The translations under genes were made by a program, and so were the position numbers. A stretch of 64,000 nucleotides of DNA from a virus: IMG/VR virus record IMGVR_UViG_3300042473_001368. One strand, 5' to 3'. The notes below the pieces were generated by a model. It made no database searches. It was not told the DNA's origin and worked only from the letters and a program-made list of their open reading frames with translations. Below, piece after piece: positions 8,614-19,110 of the stretch. The number at the start of each line of letters is the position of its first letter. The first letter of the stretch is position 1.

Positions 8614-9210
8614 ACACGAAGCGTATAATTTTATAAGTGTTGCGGTATGGGACGCAGCAGCACATAGTGTAGAGCATGCTGTTGATAATTATGTAAGCGG
8701 ACTTGCGTGGGGTAGTGCGTGGGACAGCATAAGCAATACTATATGGGCTATTGATGATAGTTCAAGAGATACTGTTAACAATACGATAGGCGCCTATGAA
8801 TATTGAAACTGAAATAAGTTACAATGTGTACTATTCAGTGCTGTTCTTGGTGCATAGCCCTGTGAGTGGCGCTGTGAATTGTTCTGTGGGTGTTTCTGTG
8901 TATAATACTGTGAGGGATGATGTGTGGAATTCAGTTAGTGATTCAGTTAGCAATGCAATAAAGGAATATGAATATTGAAACTATAACACATGCATCTTTT
9001 ACAGAAGAAATTACTGAATTATGGGATGATGTTTGGAATTCAGTAATTTTTAGGACAAATTATAATTTGAATCGCGATGTTGCACTTAATATACGCAATC
9101 GTGTAAGTGAATTTGAAATAAGCCTTAGAGACGCTGGTCAATCTGAAGCTGGCGCATATAGTGGTGCGATGCACCGCACTAGACTAATAACAACAACCAT
9201 TTTACAATAA
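8600..9210 (+). CDS. MNIE/EYEY chain 1: three overlapping small ORFs (8600..8806, 8796..8978, 8968..9210)
   Basis: 11-nt overlaps ATGAATATTGA; Ser/Val-rich. Confidence 0.75.
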
Positions 9211-9234
9211 CGAACTACAATATAATAAAAACAT

Positions 9235-9621
9235 ATGGGACTTGACATGTACTTAACTTCGCGCTCAGAAAATGAGCGCGCTAAAGCAAATGATTATGCC
9301 GATTGGGCAGTGCTCGCCTATTGGCGCAAATTCAATGCACTACACGCTTGGTTTGTGCGCAATGTGCAAGACGACGTAGATAACTGCGGCGATTATGTTG
9401 TGACACAATCTAAACTAAGTGAGCTTATAGGCGTTCTCAAGACGCTGCAGCAGACTCGCGATACAAGCTTGCTGCCAACACAAAGCGGCTTCTTTTTTGG
9501 AGATACTAATTACGACCAATGGTATTGGAGCAAGGTTGCCTCTGCTATTGATACACTATCTAAAATCTTAACAACCTTTGACTTTGAAAACGATGAACTT
9601 CTTTATACTTCAAGCTGGTAA
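9235..9621 (+). CDS. Conserved phage hypothetical protein (MGLDMY...YWRK..A.H.WF type)
   Basis: Recognisable motif; motif promoter at 9209. Confidence 0.75.
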   Translation: MGLDMYLTSRSENERAKANDYADWAVLAYWRKFNALHAWFVRNVQDDVDNCGDYVVTQSKLSELIGVLKTLQQTRDTSLLPTQSGFFFGDTNYDQWYWSKVASAIDTLSKILTTFDFENDELLYTSSW

Positions 9622-9628
9622 CCCTCCT

Positions 9629-9835
9629 ATGGACAATAAGATCGCTGCGATAATTTTTCTATGCAGTGCTGTATTGGTTGTAACACACATACTTTCCTAT
9701 GCAGCTGGTGCTAATGCTGAGAGTCCAGGCGGTGGTGATGCACCAATAATGCTGCCATTCGTATTGGTTATGGTTGCTACAATCGCATCAACATTATTCT
9801 CTCTTATTATTATCTTAACAAACATCTTATCTTAA
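9629..9835 (+). CDS. Two-TM membrane protein
   Basis: Two hydrophobic stretches. Confidence 0.55.
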   Translation: MDNKIAAIIFLCSAVLVVTHILSYAAGANAESPGGGDAPIMLPFVLVMVATIASTLFSLIIILTNILS

Positions 9836-9868
9836 AATAACTAAAAGGAACTACTGTATAATATAATT

Positions 9869-10420
9869 ATGACAAGAGAACTTGCAATTGAAATTGCGAC
9901 TGCTGCACACGCTGGGCAAAAGCGTAAAAACAGCGGAGAAGATTATATCGCGCATCCTTTAAAGGTTGCTGAGAACGCAGAACGAATTTTTCGAGAAGAA
10001 TATGCTGGTGATTTCTTCCCTGATGAAGTAGAAGTTATTGCAAGAAAAATCTATATTGTCGGTGTGCTGCACGATGTAATTGAAGATACTGAGGTCAATT
10101 TGGAAGCAATATCCAATGTCTTTCCCGATATTCATATTCTTCAAGCATTGGCTAAGCTTACTCGACATGAAGGTCAAACCTATTTTGATTTCATCAAAGA
10201 AGTTATCGACAATGGCAGCATAATTGCTAAGATTGTAAAGATTGCCGATATTCGGCACAATATGAGCGACTTGAAGGAAGGCTCTTTGAAAGATAAATAT
10301 CGCTTTGCTTTGGATAAGCTAACTGATACTTCAAAAGAACGCAAAGACCTATTGCAGCGAATACAAGCATTAGAAGACGAAATTGATGATATGCATTATC
10401 AATCGCAAATGAATTTATAA
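9869..10420 (+). CDS. HD-domain hydrolase, RelA/SpoT (Mesh1)-like
   Basis: AH.GQKR..GEDYI.HP..V, LHDVIEDT, VKIADI.HN. Confidence 0.85.
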   Translation: MTRELAIEIATAAHAGQKRKNSGEDYIAHPLKVAENAERIFREEYAGDFFPDEVEVIARKIYIVGVLHDVIEDTEVNLEAISNVFPDIHILQALAKLTRHEGQTYFDFIKEVIDNGSIIAKIVKIADIRHNMSDLKEGSLKDKYRFALDKLTDTSKERKDLLQRIQALEDEIDDMHYQSQMNL

Positions 10421-10431
10421 AAGAAACTACT

Positions 10432-10968
10432 ATGAAAATATTTTGGGACATTGACGAGACACTGATTCATTCTCGTGTTTACATTGACAGTAAACATAAG
10501 CACACATTCGTCGTTGACGTTTATGACGAACTCTACTACACATGCGTGCGACCCTGCTCCAATGACTTGATTAACTATAGTCGAGAATTGGTTGGTGCAG
10601 ATAATGTTTACATCTTAACTGCAGCGGCTGAGTTATATGCGCAGCGTATTAGTAAGAAAGCTGATTGGGGCTTTGCCGAGGATCATATCATTGGTCGGGA
10701 AACTATTGAACGCTATAGCATTAATATCCCAAGTTTGTATGGCAGCAGCACGTATGTATCAGAGCATCCATTAGCTCATCCTGATAATGTCTTGATTGAC
10801 AACTTGATGCCAGAGTGGAACAATGAAAAGACATCGTTGATGCGCATTAATCCTAAGACAAACTATTGCAAAGTTGATGATTATATAGGCTATAATTTGG
10901 AAGAAGACATCTTTAGAGATAATATTAAACACTTTTTGAAAACGAGATATGAGAACAAAACAATTTGA
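10432..10968 (+). CDS. HAD-superfamily (NIF/FCP1-like) phosphatase
   Basis: N-terminal WDIDETLIHS (DxDxT), VRP, LIDN. Confidence 0.75.
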   Translation: MKIFWDIDETLIHSRVYIDSKHKHTFVVDVYDELYYTCVRPCSNDLINYSRELVGADNVYILTAAAELYAQRISKKADWGFAEDHIIGRETIERYSINIPSLYGSSTYVSEHPLAHPDNVLIDNLMPEWNNEKTSLMRINPKTNYCKVDDYIGYNLEEDIFRDNIKHFLKTRYENKTI

Positions 10969-11245
10969 ATTGAGTAACGGTGACTTAGCTAATGGCGAGT
11001 CAATTGAAGAGATGATTAAAACTCTTGAGAGCCTTAACAAACGAGCAAAGGAGCTAGGAGCAATTGATACATCTGTCGATTTTTATCGAGGAGACTATGG
11101 CTATGTTGAAATTTCAGCAACCCGATACATGACACCTGAAGAGGTAGCAAAAGCTGAAGCAGACGATGCAGTCAGAAACCAAAGACAGCTTGACTTTGAG
11201 CGTAGACAATACGAAGCTCTTAGAGCAAAATTCGAAAAGCAATAA
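10949..11245 (+). CDS. Hypothetical protein
   Basis: Coupled ORF. Confidence 0.65.
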   Translation: MRTKQFELSNGDLANGESIEEMIKTLESLNKRAKELGAIDTSVDFYRGDYGYVEISATRYMTPEEVAKAEADDAVRNQRQLDFERRQYEALRAKFEKQ

Positions 11246-11275
11246 CGAACTCTAATATAATTAAGGACAGCAAAT

Positions 11276-11431
11276 ATGAAACTACTACAAAAAATTAAAA
11301 ACGTATTCACTCGCCGTCAATCAGTTTATGGTGCTAAGATCTTTACGCAACGTTCTTGGCTCGATCGTCAAGTAGACGACGCAATCTATAAGCGCGAGAT
11401 GATGCGCGGCGTTGGACCAGCTATCAAATAA
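11276..11431 (+). CDS. Small hypothetical protein (51 aa)
   Basis: Between motifs 11244 and 11454. Confidence 0.55.
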   Translation: MKLLQKIKNVFTRRQSVYGAKIFTQRSWLDRQVDDAIYKREMMRGVGPAIK

Positions 11432-11479
11432 CAAAACAGTTAATTGAAAACAAAACGAACTACATTATAATTAAAACAT

Positions 11480-12454
11480 ATGAAAGAGAAAATTACTCAT
11501 ATCACTGACGAACAAAAAGCAAAAATGCCACAGTATGTGGATAGGTGGATCAAGACCGGTACTAATACTGATCGACTCGATCCAGTCCGTACCGCGAAGA
11601 CAATTGAGAACTACCGTAAGCTTATTGGTAAGCCTGTTGATGTTCCTTTGATTATCCTCGATAACCCTCTTGAAGCGTGGGCGGCTTGCCATCTCCTTAG
11701 TAACTTCGGAGTGAGCTTTGAGAACCTTAATGCAGAGCTTGCAGAGGTTTTCAATGGTAACCCTAAAGGCTATGAGATTCCTCGTGCTCGACTGCCATGG
11801 CAATGCGGTTCGTTCTTTGTATCGACCTTCTCCTTCTATGACTATATGTTTGAAGAGCTGGGCGTTGAGATCGACGCAGAGCTTTACGCGAAGTATAAAG
11901 TCTGGGAATCGACTTCTGAGCTTGGCTGTATCTATCCTTTGGATGAGTATACTATTGTCTCTCAGAAACCAACTGAGATTCATTTGAACGAAGCTCGTGT
12001 GCTGCATCGCGATGGTGGACCTGCTATTTCTTATGCTGGTATGGGTAACCTTAAGATCTATTGCTTGAATGGTGTTACTGTTCCAGAATATATCGCGGTG
12101 ACTCCTGAAGAGAAACTCGATCTTGAATACTACAAGACTATCGAGAACGCTGACGTCAAAGCTGAGTTTGTTCGCAAAGCTGGCATTGAACGCTTCAAAG
12201 AACTTGGCAAATTGGTCGATGACTATACCAAGTATGCTGGAGCCGAATATGAACTCTGGCAGAAGAGTCAATATGAAATCTGGGATATGAGCGCGATCTT
12301 CGATGGTCTCGACTATGCTCCTTATTTGATGATGACAAATCTCACTACAGGTATTTATCATTTCGAGGGAGTTAGTCCAGCTTGTCGTACTCTTAAAGAT
12401 GCAATCAAGGAACGCTTAGGCGGACGTGATCTTATCATTAAAGCTATTGCGTAA
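11480..12454 (+). CDS. DUF6745-like phage protein
   Basis: LHRDGGPAISY...NGVTVP...IENADVKAEFVRKAGIERF. Confidence 0.7.
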   Translation: MKEKITHITDEQKAKMPQYVDRWIKTGTNTDRLDPVRTAKTIENYRKLIGKPVDVPLIILDNPLEAWAACHLLSNFGVSFENLNAELAEVFNGNPKGYEIPRARLPWQCGSFFVSTFSFYDYMFEELGVEIDAELYAKYKVWESTSELGCIYPLDEYTIVSQKPTEIHLNEARVLHRDGGPAISYAGMGNLKIYCLNGVTVPEYIAVTPEEKLDLEYYKTIENADVKAEFVRKAGIERFKELGKLVDDYTKYAGAEYELWQKSQYEIWDMSAIFDGLDYAPYLMMTNLTTGIYHFEGVSPACRTLKDAIKERLGGRDLIIKAIA

Positions 12455-13595
12455 GCTTTAGCTTTGATTCGAGAATAGCTTCGATATTGTCGAAATCATA
12501 GTATGGAATTCTAACGAGTTCGATATTATGGTCTCGACAATATCTGTTTTTGCGTTGGTCGCGTTCTTGCGTTTCTTCGAAGGCTTTTTCTCCACCAAAA
12601 AACTTGATAGGTTCGAAGTGTTGCTTACCGTCGAATTCTATCATTAAGTTAAGAGAAGGTACAAAGAAATCAAAATAGTATCTATAGCTATCATCCTTAA
12701 TATATTTTTGAATTTTGTATTCACAGTTTAAAGAGTTGAGATACTTTGAAATCCTCGTCTCGCCTTGAGAGTTGCAGCACGCGACACAACCACTACCTCT
12801 CAAATGCCCACCAGGCTTTTGTTGAAACTCGCCATGAACAGGGCAGATAATATTGACGGGTGTAATACTGTTAATGTAATATACGTTTTCGTAATTGTAG
12901 AAATTATCATGAATTACGCTCGACCGCGCCACAAAACTCTTTTGTAGTTTCTTGTTATTATTTGCTCGTACTCGTTCAATGTTGCACTCTTCGCAACCAC
13001 CAAACCCTCTCGATAATATAGTAGCCTTTGTCTCAAAGTACTTGTTGTGCTCAAGACACTTTACCCGTACGGTAGATACACTGTTAGCGTACCCTGATTC
13101 GGAAAGATCAAACTTATTATCTCCCCAGACGCTCTTAATAATATTCTCCCATTCTACTTTCCGCTTCGCGTGATTAGATTCAGAATAATTTTTATTTGGT
13201 TTGCATTTTTTGCAACCTCTTCCTAATGTATAGTGCGCAGAGTATGGCATCTTAAATAACCCATGGTCAGGGCAGATTATATCAACAGGCGTATTAGCAT
13301 TCTTATACACAACTTTCGAATAATCGTATCTATCGCCATGCTTGTCTCTAAACTTTCCTAAAACATAATCATGGCTATGAGTTATTGGCGCACTATTTTT
13401 AATCTTACCGCATGCCTGACAACCAAACCCTCTTAAATGAGCGCCTGCTCGTTGTTTAAATTCGCCATGCAAAGAACACACAGCTGTTATTATTGTATCG
13501 CTATTAACATAGTTGATGTTAACGTATTCATACACGCCTTTATGTACTTTTGTTGCTTTTTCGATAAAGCTCTCGTTTGTATGTCTTACAGGCAT
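12444..13595 (-). mobile_element. Putative homing endonuclease: repeated YDYS..Y...IIC..HG.F...H..G.GC Zn modules plus C-terminal PD-(D/E)XK (Vsr/DUF559-like) nuclease
   Basis: Several CxxHG...GCxxC repeats; FDFF...IEFDGKQHF...DQRKNRYC...LVRIPY; late promoter ACTAAATA upstream on - strand. Confidence 0.85.
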
Positions 13596-13728
13596 ATAAA
13601 TTATTTAGTCTACGCACCGTACTTTTCTACGATTAACCGTAGATATCGTAACGAACTACTATATAATTAACTCGTAAGCATATGATGTGCTTGCATAATT
13701 TAACTCCTAGCCTATAATAAATACGAAT

Positions 13729-14073
13729 ATGAAATTAAATCAAAATGAATGTGTGCTTCACGGTGAAGCAATGATTATGCCTGCTTCTCTTCCAGCTGAT
13801 GCTGTAGAGATCAAGCCATCAAACGATAATTACCACATTATCGCAGACAGTGAAACTACTGGCAACCACCATGTCATCGACACGGTTCCTGGTACTCGCT
13901 TCTTCAAGAGCGGTAGTCGTACCTTTATGACTAACGAGAAAGAGACTCGTGTTCGCTGCGTGCATCCAGCTCGTCACAATGCGATTGCGTTGAGCCCTGG
14001 TACATATGAAGTTGGCGAGAATCAACTTGAGTATGACCACTTCGCTCAGAACCTACGTAAGGTTCGCGACTAA
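13729..14073 (+). CDS. Conserved phage protein usually paired with DUF6745 (HGE...SETTGNHH...HNAI.L.PG.Y)
   Basis: Motif pattern and position. Confidence 0.65.
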   Translation: MKLNQNECVLHGEAMIMPASLPADAVEIKPSNDNYHIIADSETTGNHHVIDTVPGTRFFKSGSRTFMTNEKETRVRCVHPARHNAIALSPGTYEVGENQLEYDHFAQNLRKVRD

Positions 14074-14096
14074 TATATTTGTAGTGTGTGTAGTAA

Positions 14097-14133
14097 ATAG
14101 GGGAGAGTCTTTCGGCTCTTCCCTTATTTTTTT
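14097..14133 (+). terminator. Intrinsic terminator
   Basis: GGGAGAG/CTCTTCC stem followed by a T-run. Confidence 0.75.
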
Positions 14134-14148
14134 GTAGAGAGCATAAAT

Positions 14149-15162
14149 ATGCTTATGCGTAGAAACGATTTCAAACAGTTAACAAGCCTCTATGAGAGCG
14201 TATATGTTGTTAGCGAAGCAAACTTAGCAGATGACAAAACTCTTATGGCAGCTCTTGACGAGGCTTTAGGTGAAAAAGGTATTACTGGAAACTCTCCTAT
14301 CGAAAAATGGTTTAAGACACAGTACCTTAAATGGTTCAAATCTCCTGAGGGCGATGATAAGAAAAATGTATCACAGCACCAATATGCTGAAGGCGAGCCA
14401 GAGTGGATGTCGAGAGAAGGTATTGTAGATTTCGGTGGCTTCTCGCAGAGTGAGAAGCAGAAACTTTCTCATATGATCGACTACTTCCTCGCGCTTGATG
14501 ATAGAGAGATCGCAACGATTTACAAAGAACCATACGGCGTCATCGTTAATAAGGTTGCTGAGTGGGATCGTAGATTAGCTAAGAAGATGGAGAAATCAGA
14601 AATCTCTCCGCTTGTCGAAGGCACTGACTTTAAAGTTATTCGTAAGACCCAAGACGAAACAGGAGCACCGATGAAGTGGGTTAAGCTTCTAACACCTGCA
14701 GCATTTAAGTTTGAAGGTAATTCAATGGGACACTGTGTAGGTGGTTATAACCCATCTAAGAAAGGTCTCGATATCATCTCTCTATATGATGAAGATAACT
14801 TGCCGCATGTTACTATCGAGATTCAAAACAAAGAAATAAGACAGATTAAAGGTAAGCAAAACGCTGCCCCTACATCTACATATCAGCCGCCTTGCTACGA
14901 GTTTGTTAAATATCTTGTTGACAGAGATGGATACAAGGTTACTGGTGACGGTGATAACATTGGTATGGCGCATTTTGAAAGTGAGTATTACTTCCGCGAT
15001 ACACAAGAATGGCAAGATATCTTTACTAATAAGATCGTGCCTATGCAACAGAGAGCGTTTGATGAAATCAAGAAGCGCATTAAAGTTATTGCTACAGAAG
15101 GCTATGAGTATGCTTCAAGCTATATGTATAACCTTCTCAAAGAAAAGCGCTCAATCTGGTAA
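14149..15162 (+). CDS. PcfJ-like domain protein, late promoter
   Basis: EGNSMGHCVGGY...SLYD....PHVTIE...QIKGKQN; CATAAATA upstream. Confidence 0.7.
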   Translation: MLMRRNDFKQLTSLYESVYVVSEANLADDKTLMAALDEALGEKGITGNSPIEKWFKTQYLKWFKSPEGDDKKNVSQHQYAEGEPEWMSREGIVDFGGFSQSEKQKLSHMIDYFLALDDREIATIYKEPYGVIVNKVAEWDRRLAKKMEKSEISPLVEGTDFKVIRKTQDETGAPMKWVKLLTPAAFKFEGNSMGHCVGGYNPSKKGLDIISLYDEDNLPHVTIEIQNKEIRQIKGKQNAAPTSTYQPPCYEFVKYLVDRDGYKVTGDGDNIGMAHFESEYYFRDTQEWQDIFTNKIVPMQQRAFDEIKKRIKVIATEGYEYASSYMYNLLKEKRSIW

Positions 15163-15164
15163 AC

Positions 15165-15788
15165 ATGTCTAAGAAAATTATAGAAGGTTATGTTAACTTG
15201 ACCGGGTACTACCTCGAAGAACTTCCCGATTTCTTTAAGGATGTAAGTGTAGAAGGCGAGTTTTACTGTAACAAAAATCAATTAACTACGCTAGAAGGCT
15301 CGCCTCAAAGCGTAGGCGATCATTTTATATGTACTAGAAACCGTCTTATATCACTTAAAGGAGCTCCACAAAGAGTAGACGGTGATTTTTTATGCGGAGA
15401 TAATCGCCTAACCTCACTTGAAGGAGTTCCACTGATAATAGGTGGTGATTTTTCCTGTAATAGAAATCAATTAACTACACTCGAAGGCATATCTAAGAGT
15501 ACTATAGGTGGCGGTTTTTTTTGCGGAGGTAATCAACTAACATCGCTTGAAGGATCACCACCGGATATCAATGAATCGTTTAACTGTGAGTCAAATCGTC
15601 TTACCTCTCTCAAAGGAGGACCAGGGTATGTTGGAGGATCATTTATTTGTAGTAATAATAAACTTACTTCTCTGGAAGGTGCACCGCGTGTAGTTGATGG
15701 TGATTTCTATTGCAAAAATAATGACGTAAGGTTTACAGTAAAACAAGTAAGATCAGTGTGCAGGGTAGAAGGTGATATATATGTCTAA
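15165..15788 (+). CDS. Leucine-rich-repeat-like protein (~22-aa LTSLEGAP..VGG.F.C..N repeats)
   Basis: About 7 repeats. Confidence 0.85.
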   Translation: MSKKIIEGYVNLTGYYLEELPDFFKDVSVEGEFYCNKNQLTTLEGSPQSVGDHFICTRNRLISLKGAPQRVDGDFLCGDNRLTSLEGVPLIIGGDFSCNRNQLTTLEGISKSTIGGGFFCGGNQLTSLEGSPPDINESFNCESNRLTSLKGGPGYVGGSFICSNNKLTSLEGAPRVVDGDFYCKNNDVRFTVKQVRSVCRVEGDIYV

Positions 15789-16308
15789 GAAAGTTATAGA
15801 AGGGAATGTAGATCTCAGTGATATTTGGGTGGACGAGCTTCCAGATTTCCTCGCTGTTGATGAGCTACAAGGCAATCTTAGAATTGATCAATATAAATAC
15901 CCTTCACTTAGATCTCTTAAAAACTCTCCGATCTTGGTAAACGGTACAGTAGTAATCAATTCTACCAATATTAGAGATCTTCAAGGGTCACCTCAAATGA
16001 TATTAGGCAATTTTGAACTAGATGCAAACACGGAGCTAGCTTCTCTCAAAGGTGCACCTCGTTATATCGCAGGTATTTTTTCTGTGCAGTTTTCTGAGCA
16101 GCTTAGATCTTTGGATCATGGATGGCCTGAGAAGGTTAAAGTGGGTAGAGGGTTCCAATTGCACTATTCTGGAGAAATGGATGCGTTTAGAGTAGATGAT
16201 GTACTCAAATATTACGATGTTGATCCTAAGGATATCTTTATAAACGACGCATACGAGGATCCAGATATGTATGACCTGGAAGATGGAGAGTACATTAACG
16301 AGTTGTAG
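15781..16308 (+). CDS. Degenerate LRR-like paralog
   Basis: MSKKVIEG, SLKNSP, DLQGSP, SLKGAP; 8-nt overlap ATGTCTAA. Confidence 0.8.
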   Translation: MSKKVIEGNVDLSDIWVDELPDFLAVDELQGNLRIDQYKYPSLRSLKNSPILVNGTVVINSTNIRDLQGSPQMILGNFELDANTELASLKGAPRYIAGIFSVQFSEQLRSLDHGWPEKVKVGRGFQLHYSGEMDAFRVDDVLKYYDVDPKDIFINDAYEDPDMYDLEDGEYINEL

Positions 16309-16402
16309 TTGAACTCTATGTGAACTACTCTATAATATCTTTATGAATGCTGAAGGAGACCCTGGGAATGCCAAGGTCTCTTGAAGTTTATGAAGATAGG
16401 TA

Positions 16403-17019
16403 GTGATGAGAGAAGAAACATTAGAATCCAAGAGACGCGGCATAAGTGAAGCTAATATTGTGACGAGTGATCTTATATTAGCCACTCTTCGGACAGACAG
16501 TGAATGGCTTGCAAATGTCTTAAGTGAAATGGTTAGCGGTGTAACGCAATATACACGGCTAGCAGGAAGCGAGCTACAAAATCATATAGCGCAGACACTG
16601 CAAAATTATTATGAATATGGCAAATAGAGAGCTACAGGAAGAAGTAATTAGTAACAGCATAATCACAGCAATTATAGCAGATATGGATGCTCTTGCCGCA
16701 GAGCATCCTGACGAGTCACTTGTGATTCACAATATTTTTATACCAGTTAACAATCAGGTCGGCTCAAGATTTCTAGCAGAAATTGAAGATAAAGTCTGGA
16801 ACTATAGATATGGAAGACCTAAAGTTAAATAAGCGGCCACGGACTACTGAGTTTGAATCGTTTTATGATATGGTTCGCGCCGTACGTGATAACCTCTCCT
16901 GCGATCTCGACGACCCTAATTGGTGGCAAGATGTATACACACTTTCGCAAATTGAGGCTGGTGTGCATAAAGTTACAGGTGCTATACGGTGGGAGCTTTC
17001 CTTAGATAAAACGAACTAG
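16403..17019 (+). CDS. Three coupled small ORFs (16403..16627, 16611..16832, 16810..17019)
   Basis: First junction TATGAATATGG is a YEY/MNM variant. Confidence 0.6.
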
Positions 17020-17046
17020 CGTATAATAGATATACACTGCAGGACT

Positions 17047-19089
17047 ATGCATATTAATATTTACGACGAACTACTTACTCGCTGCGGAAACTCTGTGTAT
17101 AGTTCTATATGGTGGCCTGTAGCAACCAACGTAAGAGATAAAATTCCTTCGGAAATGTGGGATTTTTATAAAACTACTATTATACGAGATGGTACAACTG
17201 GCTCATTAAGCAGAGAAGTAGATAATGAGGTAGGAAATTATGAATATTGAAACTATAATTGATTGTGATATCGGTCACAGATGTCGTACTGCATTTCGTC
17301 AAGAGCTTGAGAATATTTGCAAGGTCAACTTTGATGGCCATGAGTATTACGGCCTTTATATTGAGCTGACATATGATATTGACACAGTTACTGACAGCCT
17401 ATATTTTAATTTTGAAGACACCGCAGATAGCTATTACTATGATTGATTTAGGTGAAGAGATAAGATACAAGATACAACTCTCAGCTCGTGACGCGATTAC
17501 TTCAAAATTGATAGCAGTTAAGCATATGACATTTTCTGGTTATGGCATGGCTGATGATGAGATGTGGAATGAGATTATCTCGCCAATGACACGTCTTGCT
17601 ACTGAGCTAAAGGTATGGGGAGAGATTGGACGATATGAATATTGAACGCAAAATATATTATGACCCATGCAACTATAGTTGGGGTGATATACAAACAAAC
17701 GCATTAAAACAAATTCGTAATACAAGAAGCATCGAGGATATCATGGTTGTGGTCTCGGGTGTTGAAGAGCTATGCGATGAAGTGAGAATGCAAAGCACGC
17801 TTGAACTTTTCATTGCTAATCACAATCCTGGTAATATACTAACAACAGAAAATGAAGAAGAACATCCACGGTGAGATTGAAGGCGAGTTGATGGATAATA
17901 CTCAAGATGCATTATGCGAATTGAGAAGCAGTGTATTTGGCAATGGCACATATATGAATAATCCCGTTCATATGCACTATCACGATACAATAAACAATCA
18001 GCTATTTCTACAAACAGTATGCACCATTAAACAAAAGCTTAATGCAGAATTTTTCAGTAGAGACATTGAAGGCATAGCAAAAATTATGAAACAAGCGCAT
18101 GAAAGATTACAACGACCGCGTATTAGCAGAAGAAATCGCTGATTTCGATAAATTCAGAAAAATCACTACAGCGATCTATAGTGCTTGGAACGATAGAGCA
18201 GATTATCGTGTATCTAATGCTGTGCTTGTAGGGGTATTTGATGGTGTGAATCCGATACAACTTCTTTCATGCGTTGGTGCTAGTCTGAAATATTATGAAT
18301 ATTGAAAGTAAAATAGATTTTCATATGTGGGCTTCAATTCGAGGCCGTCTGCGCGACTCTTTGGAGAGTTTCATTGACCGGGATGTTGATTATTATGCTC
18401 AGCACGATGTGATCGATGAAGTCTTTGAGCCTGTGTGTCAATCTGCTGATGACAGTGTGAAGAATAGTGTGAGAACAGCAATAGAAGAATATGAATATTG
18501 AAAAGAAAATAGTTGATTCTGTGGTGGATGCTGCGTGCAATTCTGTGTATGGTGCTGTGTATACCAATGTATGTAATTCTGTATCTACTAATGCTAGACA
18601 TCTCGGTTGGTTTTCTGTATATAGTGCTGTGTGGAATCCAGTAGAAGATACTGTTAGTAGCAAAATAAACGAATATGAATACTGAAAAGGAAATATATGA
18701 CTCAGTTCATGGCTCAGTTTGGAGCTCGGTTTATAGCTCAGTTCATGGCTCAGTTATTAACTCAGTTCATGACTCAGTTCATGGTTCAGTTTATGGCTCA
18801 GTTTATATCTCAGTTTATGACTCAATTTATGGCTCAATTGACAATGCAATAAACGGATATGAATATTAAAAACGAATTAACAAACTCATGCAATAGTGTG
18901 TCAATGAAAGTAGAATTAGATCTTTATAATAGCGTAAGTAATTGCGCTACACTTACATCAGTGACAACTGTTAAGCTTGCTCTTGTGCATGATCTTTGCA
19001 AGGTAATGAATTATGCATCGCCGATTAGTGTAAAACACGCTGTAGATAGTGAAATAGAACAATATAGATACAATGCAATTGGGTCCTGA
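17047..19089 (+). CDS. MNIE/EYEY chain 2: ten overlapping small ORFs (17047..17250, 17240..17446, 17439..17645, 17635..17874, 17852..18142, 18099..18305, 18295..18501, 18491..18685, 18675..18869, 18859..19089)
   Basis: Mostly 11-nt ATGAATA(T/C)T(G/A)A overlaps; headed by motif 17010. Confidence 0.75.
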
Positions 19090-19110
19090 AAGACTAAATA
19101 GAGCTATAAG

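Noticed and set aside
11471-12361. 296-aa minus-strand ORF
   Set aside because: Fully antisense to the DUF6745-like gene; no motifs; codon-bias shadow. The same applies to 27198..27803 and other short antisense ORFs.
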